Below, piece by piece: positions 27,600 through 38,736 of a stretch of 64,000 nucleotides of DNA. The notes under the pieces are model-generated. The model was not told where the DNA came from, ran no database searches, and saw only the letters and a list, made by a program, of their open reading frames with translations. The translations under genes were made by a program, and so were the position numbers. The DNA is taken from the NCBI GenBank assembly GCA_030390025.1, contig CM059431.1, positions 150,662,001 to 150,726,000 on the forward strand, read 5' to 3'. Position 1 is the first letter of the stretch; the number at the start of each line of letters is the position of its first letter. The stretch comes from Squalus acanthias. Its lineage: Eukaryota.

Positions 27600-27990
27600 A
27601 ATTCTTGCATTTATATAGCGCCTTTGATGACCGCCGGACCTCCCAAAGTGCTTTACAGCCAATGAAGGAAACGCGGCAGCCAAATTGCGCACAGCACAGT
27701 TCCACAAATAGCAAACTGTAAATCCTGTTCTCCTTGTTTATTAAGGTTGAGGGGTAACTATTGCCCAGGACACCGGGAAGCACTCCACTGCTTTTCTTCG
27801 AAATCATGCAATGGGATCTTTTATGTCCACCTGAGGGAGCAAAAGCCACCTCTAAAGAAGACAGCACCTCCGACATTGTAGCACTCCCTCAATACTGCAC
27901 TGGGAGTGACGACCTAGATTTCGCGCTCAAGTCTCACGGAGGAGGAATTTGAAACCATGACTTATTGACCCAGAGCCGAGGGAGCTAATG
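27600..27990 (-). mobile_element. DeuSINE (SacSINE1-like)
   Basis: TTCTTGCATTTATATAGCGCC...CCCAAAGTGCTTTACAGCCAATGAAG and ATGGGATCTTTTATGTCCACC are reverse complements of motifs in the 22760 copy. Confidence 0.72.
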
Positions 27991-28377
27991 AGAAACGGAC
28001 GTCAATCGGGCTGCTCATTGACAAATGAACCCATGACTTTCTGACTCAGAAGATCTGGTTCTGACCCACTGAGCTGACTCTCAGACGGGCGGAAGGTGCA
28101 AAGTGACACGCCAGAAGTAGTGACAGACAAATTGACATAGGCAAAGGTACAGTCAGACATAAAGGCAGCGGTTGGTTTACCAAACTATCGATAATTCGTA
28201 AAGCATTGGCATTCTCAATCACTGACATTATTCCACACTATTACATCTCGATCTGTTAACATTCCCAGGTCGTTGCTGCTTATGAAAGCATTGATGCTTT
28301 ATATACCTGACTATCCTCATCCATTGATTTATCCCAGTCCATTAACTTTCCGAATTTTAATGAACGTTCACTTTATT

Positions 28378-28810
28378 TACCTGGATAGACGAGAGAAGCT
28401 GGAGTTGTTCTACTTGGAGCAGGGAAGGATGAGAGGAGATTTAATGGAGGTGTTCAAAATAATGAGGAGTCTGGACAGAGAAGATAGAGAGAAACTGTTC
28501 CCGTTGGTGGAAGAGACGAGAACCAGAGGACACAGATTTCAGGTGATAGGCAAAAGAACCAAAGGCGACATGAGGAAAAACTTTTTTACGCTGCTAGTGG
28601 TTAGGTTCTTGAATGAACTGCCTGAAAGGATGGTGGAGGCCGACTTAATCGTGGCTTATAAAGGGAATTGGATAAGTACCTGATGAATAAAAAAGAATTG
28701 CAGGGCTACGGGGAATGGTCGGGGGAAGTGCTCTTGCAGAAAGCCGGCTCGGGCTCGACGGGCCGAATGACCTTCTTCTGTGCTGTAACCATTCTATGAT
28801 TCTATGATTC
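28378..28810 (+). mobile_element. CR1 3' end
   Basis: RMRGDLMEVFKIM...MRKNFFT; (ATTCTATG)n tail. Confidence 0.88.
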
Positions 28811-29069
28811 TACGAAACCATTTATATATTCTAGTCCATTGACTTCCCCAATTATTGACATATTCCAGTCCATTCACTTTCCCAATCCATTTATATATCC
28901 CAGTCCATTGACATTTCCAATCCACTGAACCTTCATAAGGCCTTTGATAAGGTTTCACATAGTCGACTCCTAACTGAGGTCGGAGCATGGAGTCAGGGGG
29001 CAAGTAGCAGAAAGAAAAGCAATCTGGATACAAAACTGTAAGTAGAGAGTGGGGGTTAAAGTTAGACAC

Positions 29070-29795
29070 TCAGACTGGTGGAAGGTGGAATGCGCTGTTT
29101 CACAAGTGTCGCTGCTGGGACCACTGTTCTCCACCATTTAACCAATTTTATTGGACTCGAGAATCTGAAATACAATATCAAAATTTGCATTTGTCCCCAA
29201 ATTGGGAGATATAGTTAATACTGAGGAAGACTGCGACAACATACAGTTAGACTGTAAAATGGAAGAGCAAATGACAAATTAATTTCAATATAATTCAGTG
29301 TGTGGTGTTGTATTGTGGTAGGAGGAGTAAGGATTCCACCAAACCGACCAGAAATTTTGTTAAATTTGTATAGAACCTTGGTTGGACCACACTTTTAGTA
29401 CTGTGCACAGTTCTGGTCTACATATTATCAACATGATATAGTGTCACTGGGAGAAGGCAAACAAACGATTTACAATGAGGATGGCAGAACGAACCTATCA
29501 GAAAAGATTGAGCAGGCTGGGGATCTTTTCTCTAGAAAACGGAAGGCGGAGGGGCGACTTGGTAGAATTCTTTAAGATTATGGCAGGATTTTATAGGTAG
29601 ACGTAGAGAAGCTGTTTCCACTTTTATGGGAGACCAATACTAGGCGTTATAAATATAAGACAGTCATTAATATATCAAATCGGAATTCAGGATTCACCTT
29701 TTAACCTGAGAGTGGTTAGAATGTGGAACTCGCTAGCACATGGAGTAGATTAATTCAAATAGCATAGGTGTATTTAAAGGGAAGCTAGATAAGTA
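29070..29795 (+). mobile_element. Strongly degraded CR1 RT/3' fragment
   Basis: Remnants of the LGPLLF, YCAQFWS and RVVRMWNSL coding sequences. Confidence 0.7.
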
Positions 29796-29926
29796 CCCAA
29801 TACTGGTCAGTACACCATCTCCGAATATTGGAAGGTGCATTCCGATATTAAACTTGAAACATGTTTGACATCTTGTGTCTGACAACTGCAGTGGAACAAC
29901 CGGATTCGCCCGGTTTGCAAGAAGGT

Positions 29927-30096
29927 GGGGCGGGTGCCAAACGGTAACGCGTCGGTCTTGTAAACCGAAAAGCGCGGGTTACCATTCCCAATCCGTTGCT
30001 GCTTGTGAAAGCATTGATGCTTTATACACCTGACTATCTTCATCCATTTATTTATCCCAATCACTTAACGTTCCGAACCACGCGGGGTCCGTGCCT
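29927..30096 (+). pseudogene. tRNA-Thr pseudogene (Thr-CGT-type body, TGT anticodon) split by a ~93-bp insertion in the T-loop
   Basis: 5' part GGGGCGGGTGCCAAACGGTAACGCGTCGGTCTTGTAAACCGAAAAGCGCGGGTT (29927-29980) and 3' part CGAACC...GTCCGTGCCT (30074-30096) match recalled vertebrate tRNA-Thr. Confidence 0.75.
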
Positions 30097-31884
30097 CTGT
30101 TAGATTTTAATATTTATGGGGATTTTTACTCTGCACCTGCTTCAAGACCAATATAGCCTCCCGGTGCCCAAAACTGAATGAAGCACTCCAGATGGTGTCT
30201 GAACAAGTCTCTGCATAACTGAAGCATGAGGTGCATTGAATACCAGCCCGCTTGAGATGTTGAATTACAAATACATCTTTGTATCAGTATCGTCGATGTC
30301 AATTCAAAATGTTGATGTTTGCCCAGATACTTCACATGGCTGAACTGATACCTTCCCACTCTGTAACCAAATGATTAAAGGTCCATGAAATTTAAACCAG
30401 AATTTAATTAAGTCTCATTATTACATCACAGTGAACCCTAACATACTTGCAGAGCCAATCCTGGCCCAACAACCGAGTGGTACTTTAAGCTGACGTTTAG
30501 TTCCTCGTTGAATAGATAAAGAATAATGGTTAGAATTAGTAGTATATGAAGAGTAACCAATAGAGTACAACATTAGCAGACGTCAGGACAGTCTGATGAA
30601 TGCTTTCCTTACATTGACCCTTTTTGGGTGTAAGAGTGTTAAAGGCCAATATTAAACTATATCTCATCAGCATCATACATCTATCTCGCTCTATTCTTCG
30701 ACCCAGATCTCTACTCATTGCTTTTACCGATATCCTCACTCTCCAGAGTTACATTAATCGTTTACTGTAGCCATGTTGTCAACGTGACCGACCCTGTCCT
30801 GCACCCGTTCTTCAGGGCATATTCATGATGCATATCGCATGCTGGATGCTTCACATGCAACAAGGCACTTCTGCACACAAAGTGATATCCCAAGAACTTA
30901 CAGCAAGAAACATTTCATAAAATACCAACCCTGACACTTCTGGACATCTAGCAAATGATCGGGGTCTTATGATTAGAATCGCTCCCTGCCTGGTCCCTAT
31001 GTTTCGGGATAGGATCGACACAAGCAGACTACTCCCATTAATTGAGGGATCAAGAACTAACGGCCACAGATTAAAGAATAAATGTAAGGGATTTAGAACT
31101 GAGGGTAAGAGAAATATCTCCATGCACGGAGAGTCGTCCGGCTGTGGAATTCACATAGGCAGAAAGTATACAAATATTCAAGATTAAATTGGTTAGATTC
31201 AGGAATAAAAATAGATTGAAGACATGTCGAGGCAGAGCCGGGAACGTGATTCGAACCTTTTGCTCAGGTGGAGGGTGAACGGCGGCAACGACTGGTTGGG
31301 TCGAATGGTCAATTCCCCAGTTATAACATTCCAACATATTGATGACCAGTTGAGATTTTATGTTAGCATCTGTGAACAAAATTATCTAATGTCACATTGA
31401 CGAGTCAGGTTCCTGCTTTCTCCATCATTCGAGACTGATCAGGAGACAATGGGATCGGAGTCTGATGGGGAGATCAGCGCCCGCAAGATTACAGAAGAAT
31501 TAAAATAACCAGGATTGTAAAACCCTTCACTGTTTCTACACTAGATAAAGCTTTATCTGTTAATTCAACTGAGCGTGTCATTTCAGTACCTGCCGTGTTA
31601 GGCAGTTAACGCTGACGCACACATGTTCTACTCCACTGCTGAAGCTCAGCCATGACTGTTCTCTTTGAATCTTGAGCGGGAAGGGCGCTGTTTTAGCGGG
31701 AATCGATTATGTTCACAAGGGAAAAGCTGCAGACTTCAAACACACGGCACAAAGTGGGAATAATATTTCCTGATACCTGTTCATTTTCACAAGAACAATC
31801 CGCTTTTGTCCCAAGGGAAAGATTGCCATCCTAAAACGGAACACGGGCTGTAATTGAGCTCTAGTTAGGACAGGAAGTTATGTT

Positions 31885-32498
31885 TTAATTCTTCATTTTA
31901 TTAACCAATATCAGAATCAATGTCCAGGGAGATTTCACCACCTTCAACAAATCTTGCCTGAATTTGGTTTGTGTCGCGTCTGACTGTCAAACAATTAAAC
32001 AGTAATATCAAAGCAACAGCAAAACCATGGAACTAAAATACTTTGAATGCGGATATAGGCTATGCCTGCAGGCGATGAATAAAAGGCTTCATTGGGGCGG
32101 CATCCCCAGGAAACATTGTTAATGATTCGTTGAGATTGATAGGAGAAAGCAAAGGGGATATTCTCTATACAGACCAGGACAAGGACAGTTGTTAAAACAG
32201 CTGCCGCAGTTCTCCCTGTGCAATAGTTTGTTTTAAACTTCTGACAACATATAGTTACAAATCGGTCAAAAGTGAACAAGACTGTAAACCACACCGACAT
32301 ATCCAGGGTGACGGTATTGAAGTAATGAATCGACTTACACACGGCAGTGTAGGACAGGAATGAATGCGGAAAGTGGTAACAGAAAATGGAAGATGATGAC
32401 CAGTAGATCTGCTGTCGCCATGGCCACCATGTAGATCGAGATACATTTGGAAAGGCCGCAATTTCCTCTGGAGAGAATCAGGATTGTCCGTAGGTTCG
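31885..32498 (-). pseudogene. GPR139/GPR142-like class A GPCR pseudogene, exon 2 (copy 1)
   Basis: Acceptor TTACAG|CGAAC; LDMSVWFTVLFTFDRFVTICC, WGCR and TQTKFR motifs. Contains small deletions/frameshifts and a ~280-bp deletion at ~31978 removing TM6-TM7 relative to copy 2. Confidence 0.88.
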
Positions 32499-32635
32499 CT
32501 GTAAGGAAGAGGGAGAAGAGTTTAGTAACAGGGTCACCCGGATAAACATCACAGCTTATTGTGGGGAATGCTCAGATGTGTGCCTACTTAGCGTTACCTA
32601 CATTGATTTTTTGCCATATAGGCGAGCGTTGAGGA

Positions 32636-33590
32636 GTCAAAGAGCCATACAGACATTACGGCAGAGAGGGAGGGCATTCGGTCCATCGAGTGCGTTCCGG
32701 CTCTCTGTAGAGCACTCCAGTTAGTCTCATCCACCCCCCGCTATCCCCGTAGCCCTACAAGATTATTTCCCTCAAGTGCCTATCCAGTGAGCCCTTCAAA
32801 ACATTGAGTATCTCTGCTTCCACCACTTCCGTCGGCAGTGAATTCCAGGTGTTCACCACTCACTGCATAAAAAAAATTTTCTTCACCACCCCCCTGTATC
32901 TCTTACCCAAAACCTTAAATGTGTGTCCCCTAGTCTTTTTACCATCAACTACTGGGAACAGCCTTTCCCCGTTTAGCCTATCCAAACCCACCATAATCAA
33001 ATCACCGCTCAACCTCCTTTGCTCTAATTAAACAAAATCCAGCTTCTCCAACCTCTCCTTGTAGCCAAGAACCCCCATCCCCGGAAACATTCTGGAAAGT
33101 CTCCTCTGCATCCTCTCAAGGGCCTTCACATCCTTCCTAAAGTGTGGTGATCAGAACTGGACGCAATACTCCAGTTGTGGCCTAACTAGCGTTTTATAAA
33201 GGTTCAGCATAACTTCTCTGCTGTTGTACTCAATACCTCTATTTATGAAGCCCAAGATCCCATATTCTTTGTTAACCACTCTCTCAATATGTCCCGCCAC
33301 CATCAGGGACCTATGCACATTAACTCCCAGGTCCATCTGTCCCTGCACAATCTTTAAAACTGTGCCACTGAGTGTATATTGCCTCTCCCTGTTCCTTCTG
33401 CCAAAATGCATCACCTCACACTTCTTTGTATTAAATTCCATCTGCCACTTGTCTGCCCATTCTGCCAGCCTTTCTATGTCCTGTTGCAGCTACTGTTTGC
33501 CACACCATCAAGTTTGGTGTCATCGGCAAATGTAGAAATTCTACCCTGTATTCCAATATCCAGGTCATTTATATATATCTTAAAAAATTG
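32636..33590 (-). mobile_element. CR1 3' fragment inside the intron of GPCR copy 1
   Basis: MEFNTKKCEVMHFG...LVRPQLEYCVQF; absent from the intron of copy 2. Confidence 0.88.
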
Positions 33591-34086
33591 ATTTAAAAGG
33601 AATGAAACATTGAATATTCAATATGGAGGAACTCAAATTCCGACTCCCTTCCACCATACTTCAGACAGCGGTTAAATATAATTTCGCAGCAATTACTGGA
33701 AATATATGGATTCAATAAAACATTCAGCTGTTGGGTGGAGGTAGCTGCAGTCCGAGCAATTCTCAGCATAAAATAGACAGGGAACCACGGGACAAATGAA
33801 ATAAATGCTATGGACACTAAGCAACACATTCTTTAATGGACTATATACTGTTGGAGGGGCCGTGGAATCAGCCTCGCCCTCCCTCAGTATAGAGAGGGAA
33901 GTTGAGTGTCCCGTGCCCAATATCTGCCGGCCAGAATAGCGCCTAACCGGCCGGGCAAACTGATCGGATTCCCGCTGATATTCACCAAATTATCCCGGTA
34001 GATAAATGATCTTCACGGAATCTGTAACATAATCATTAACAGTGTGTTCGTTAACAACTATTAAACAACAGGATGCATTGACTTAT

Positions 34087-34156
34087 CGAGAATACCAAAG
34101 ATTGCGAGAAAATGATAGTATATGTCCTTTATCTGTAGAATTATTGGCCGTGCCAT
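34087..34156 (-). pseudogene. GPR139-like pseudogene exon 1 (copy 1)
   Basis: 70-nt exon MARPIILQIKDIYYHFLAIFGIL, homologous to 55472-55541; splice donor mutated to ATAAGT. Confidence 0.82.
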
Positions 34157-34233
34157 TTTCAGAAGACTGTGTGAATACTGTCCTGCATTACAGTTCCGAC
34201 TGGCGTTTATCTGAGATCTGTAAATTCTCCCCC

Positions 34234-34239
34234 TTTATA
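34234..34239 (-). promoter_or_regulatory. TATA box of GPCR copy 1
   Basis: TATAAA on the minus strand ~80 bp upstream of the ATG, positionally conserved with 55387. Confidence 0.55.
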
Positions 34240-35898
34240 GAACAATCCGTGCCCTGGTGAGAAAGTGAGTTTACACAATAATTGAACTCAGTTACAGCCA
34301 CTTAACAAACAAGAGGCGATTTCCGCTTCAGTGCGCCCAATGGGGAAATTGTACATCTGAGTCCATGAAACTCCGTCCATTAAAAACAATGAAAGGGAGT
34401 TAATTCCAGAGGGAATGCGCTCTGCACCCGCCATGTGAAACCTGAAGGGAACATCTCTCCAAGTCGCTGTGTTAGCTTCTAAGGGTCTCACATAATTTGG
34501 TGAAATCTTCTCTCATCCATTCCATAAGTAACGCTTTAACGTTACTGTTGACGATCCTGCCCTAACATTACTGGCCGTCACCCTTCTCTAATATTACTGG
34601 TGGTGATCCTACACTAATATTACTGGTGGTAGCCATCACCTAACATTAATGGTGATGTTTCTACTCCAATATTACTGGTGGTGATCCTACACAAATATTA
34701 CTGGTAGTGGCCATCATCTATCATTAATTGTGATGACTCTACTCTAATATTACTATGGTGATCCTACAGTAAGATTACTGGTGATGACCCTAATCTAACA
34801 TTACTGGTGATGAATCAATTCGACAATTACTGGTGGTGAACCTACTCCAACATTATTGGTCATGACTGAACCGAAGATTATTGATGGAGACCCTACACTA
34901 ACATTAATTGTGAAGAACCTCCTCTAACATTACTGGAAGTGACGCTATTCTAACATTACTGGTGGTGACTCTACTCTAACATTACTGCTGGTGACCGCAC
35001 TCTAACATTACTGGTAGTGAATCTACTCTAACATTACTGGTGGGGACTCTAACCGAACATTACTGGTGGTGTCTCTGCTCTAACATTACTGGTGGTGACT
35101 CTACAGTAACATTACTGCTGGAGACCGCACTCTAACACTACTGGTGGTGACCGCACTCTTACATTACTGGTGGTGCCTCTACTCTAACATTGTTGGTGGG
35201 GACTCTACTCTAAAATTATTTGTGGTGAGCCTATTCTAACATTACTGGTACTGACACTAATCTAACATTGCTGATGGTGACTCTAATCAATTATTACTGA
35301 CGGTGACTCTACTGTAACATTGCTGGTATTGACCCAACTCTAACATTACAGGTGGTGACTCTACTGTAACATTGCTGGTATTGACTCTACTCTAATATAT
35401 GTGGTGGGGACCCTATTCTAACGTTAGTTGCGGTGACTGTACAATAACATTGCTGGTGTTGACACTAGTCCAAGATTACTGATTGTGACAATACTCTAAC
35501 ATTATTGGTTGTGACCGCACTCGAACATTACTGTTGGTTAGTCTCACGTTACTGCAGTTTAGCCTACTCTAACATTACTGGTGGTGAACCTATTCTAACA
35601 TTACCGCTGCTGAATCTAATCTATCGTTACTGGTAGTGACTGTACTCAGACATTACTGGTGGTGAACCTATTCTAACATTACTGGTGGTGATCCTGCATT
35701 GACAAAACTGGTGGTGACCCTACTATAACATTACTGCTGGAGATCCCACTCTTACATTACTGATGATGACACTTCTCTAACCTTACTGGCCTGTGGCTCT
35801 ACAATATAATTACTGGTCCTGACCCCACTCTAATATTACTGGTGATGAACATAGATTTACATTACTGGGGGAGACCCGACTCTAACATTACAGGTGGT

Positions 35899-37086
35899 CA
35901 TGATGTGGAGATGCCGGCGTTGGACTGGGGTGGACAAAAATGAGAAGTCGCACAACACCAGGTTATAGTCCAACAGATTTATTTAATTTTACAATCTTTC
36001 GGAGCGGTTCGCTCCTTCCTCAGGTAAGTTAGCAGTGAGAGAATCTCCCAGAATTCACAATTTAAACACAGACAAAATCTATTCAAATGTTTCCCTACAT
36101 CAAAGAGAAACTAAGAGCACAGCCAAGACAATGAGATGTGTCCCAGGGGGTCCAACGTGTCAAACCACCTGCTGGCTGCATATCCTGTCAATTTGTGTTG
36201 GTTCTTGTGTTAGTCTTTTTAAAAAATAACACCTGGGAAGACCGGCCATGATGTCAAGTCACGTTCTGTATCGTGACATGAACCCGATATCGCGATTGAG
36301 GCCATCCTCATGAGTGCGGAACTTGGCTATCAGTTTCTGCTCTATGATTTTGCGCTGTCGTGTATCCCAAAGGCCGCCTTGGAGTACGCTTACCCGCAGA
36401 TCCGAGGCTGAATGCCCCTGGCTGCTGAAGTGTTCCCCGACTGGGAGGCAACCCTCCTGCCTGGCGATTGTTGCGCTGTGTCCGTTCATACGTTGTCTCA
36501 GTGTCTGCATGGTCTCGCCGATGTACCATGCTCTGGAGCATCCTTTACTGCAACGTATCAGGTAGACAACGTTAGCCGAGTCACATGAGTATGTACCGTG
36601 TACCTGGTGGGTAGTGTCCTCACGTGTGATGATGGTATCTGTGTCCATGATTTGGCATGTCTTGCAGAGGTTGCCGTGGCAGGGTTGTGTGGTGTCTTGG
36701 TTGCTGTTCTCCTGAAAGATGGGTAATCTGCTGCGAACGATGGTACTTTTGAGGTTAGGCGGCTGCTTGAAGGCGAGTAGTGGAGGCGTGGGGATGGCCT
36801 TAGCAAGGTGTTCGTCGTCATCGATGACATGTTGAAGGCTGCGAAGAACATGGCATAGTTTTTCCGCTCCGGGGAAGTACTGGGCGACGTAGGGTACTCT
36901 GTTGGTTGTGTCCCGTGTTCGTCTTCTGAGGAGGTCTATGCGGTTTTTCGCTGTGGCCCGTCGGAACTGTCGATCGACGAGTCGAGCGTCATATTCCGTT
37001 TTTACGAGGGCGTCTTTCAGTGTCCGTAGGTGTCCATCGCGTTCCTCCTCGTCTGAGCAGATCCTGTGTATTCGCAGGGCTTGTCC
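35899..37086 (-). mobile_element. Penelope-like element 3' fragment (RT thumb/linker, GIY-YIG endonuclease, terminal region)
   Basis: QALRIHRICSDEE.., SCDSANVVYLIRC..C..WYIGET..LRQRMNGH, VGEHF, EQKLIAKFRTHEDGLN. Confidence 0.92.
35988..36028 (-). ncRNA. Minimal type I hammerhead ribozyme motif in the Penelope terminal region
   Basis: Minus strand reads TTAC-CTGAGGA-A-GGAGCG-AAC-CGCTCC-GAAA-GATT-GTAA: conserved core, 6-bp stem II, stem I TTAC/GTAA. Confidence 0.7.
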
Positions 37087-37742
37087 AAAGGCTGGTGACT
37101 CTGCTCTAACATTACTGAAGTTGACCCTACTCGAACATTGCTGGTGGTGATTCTACTCTGTTATTGCTGGTGCTGAATCTACACGAACATTACTAGTGGT
37201 AATCCTAGTCCAGCAGTACTGGTGTAGACCCCATTCTAACATTACTGGTGCTGAATCGACACTAATATTACTGCTGATGACACTTGTCTAACATTAATGA
37301 TTGGGTCTCTACTCCAACCTTATTGCTCTTGACCATACTCGAACATTGCTGGTGCAGACTCTACACTAACAATACTGGGGATGACACTACTCTAACATTA
37401 CTGGAGGCGACTGTACTCGAATATAACTGGTAGAGACCCTCGTCTAATATTATTGGTTGTGACTCTACTTTAGCATTGCTGGAGGCGACTCTTCTCTAAC
37501 ATTACTGGTGGTGACTCTACTCTAACATTACTGGAAGTGATCCTACTCTAAATTACTGGTGGTGACATTATTCTAGAATTACCCGTGATGATCCTACTCT
37601 AACAGCACCGTTGGTAATTCTACTCTAACATTACTGTTGGTGATTCTACTCTAACATTACTGGTGGTGGCTCTTGTCTAACTTTTCTGATAGTGACACGA
37701 CACGAACATTACTGGTGATGACCTATTCTAACATTACTGGAG

Positions 37743-38730
37743 GTAGGGTGCCCTCGGTGTGAGTACGGGCCTCGTCTCCACAAGGACTGTGCTGTGATCA
37801 CTCCAACAAATTCGTCCAAGCAGAGATGCATCAGGAGGAAGTCAACTGGGATTGCCCCGTGTGGGTTCTCTCACCCACTCCCGCACGCCCAATCTGGCAG
37901 CTGTGTCCTTTAGTGGTGCTACCGATCCGGTCTTGGTGATGGACATTGAAGTCCACGACCCAGACTGCATTCTGCGCTCTCGCTAACCTTAGTGCTTCTT
38001 CCAAGGAGGCGTACTGTTTCATCAGATTAGGGAGTGCGTATGTTGTCAGTCGGAGCTTCCCTTACCCATGTTTTACCTGTTGCCACGAAACTTCATGGAG
38101 TCCGAAATAAATTATGAGGACTCTCAGGGCCACTCCGACCCGACTATAAACTGGAGTACCGCCATATCTGGTGGGTCAGGATAGATCCAGGGATGGAGAT
38201 GGAAGAGAATGGGACATTGGCTGAAAGATATGATTCTGTCAGTATGACTGTGTCAGGCTGCTGTTGGACTAGCCAGTGTGGCAGATCAGCTAATTTTAGC
38301 ACAAGTCCCCAGATATTAGTGATGAGGACTTCGCAGGTTGAATGGGTGGTTTGTGCTTTTATCGTTTCCGAGCCCGATCCGTCCAATTTCATTCTTATTA
38401 TACTCATTTAGAGCGCTTTGATGCAAATTAGTGTCTTCATCGGCCATCTCAGAGGTTAATTAACTGTCACATATAGGCCTTACAGGCTAAGGATGAGAGG
38501 TTTCCTTCCCTACTATCCATTAGTGAACAACTTGCTTTTCTACAATAAACCGATAGCTTCATGTACATCATTCATGATACTTTCATTTTATTAGAGATTT
38601 ATTTAACTAACTGCTTTGAAATTCCCAAACTGCCATGGGGAGGCTCTGGTTTGGAACTCACATCTTCGTATTATTAGTCCCGCCCTCTGAATTACTAGTC
38701 AAGCAACATAACCATTATGCTGCCGTACCC
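37743..38730 (-). mobile_element. 5' fragment of a CR1/L2-group LINE: tRNA-like head followed by AP endonuclease
   Basis: Minus strand starts GGGTACGGCAGCATAATGGTTATGTTGCTTGACTAGTAATTCAG; then TNIWGL...QQQPDTVILTESYL and WVVDFNVHH (APE motifs). Confidence 0.72.
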
Positions 38731-38736
38731 ACGAGA

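Larger units (their letters stand above)
34540..37742 (-). repeat. 26-bp minisatellite array, left arm (interrupted by Penelope)
   Basis: Tandem degenerate TCTACTCTAACATTACTGGTGGTGAC units, reverse complement of the right-hand arrays. Confidence 0.95.
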
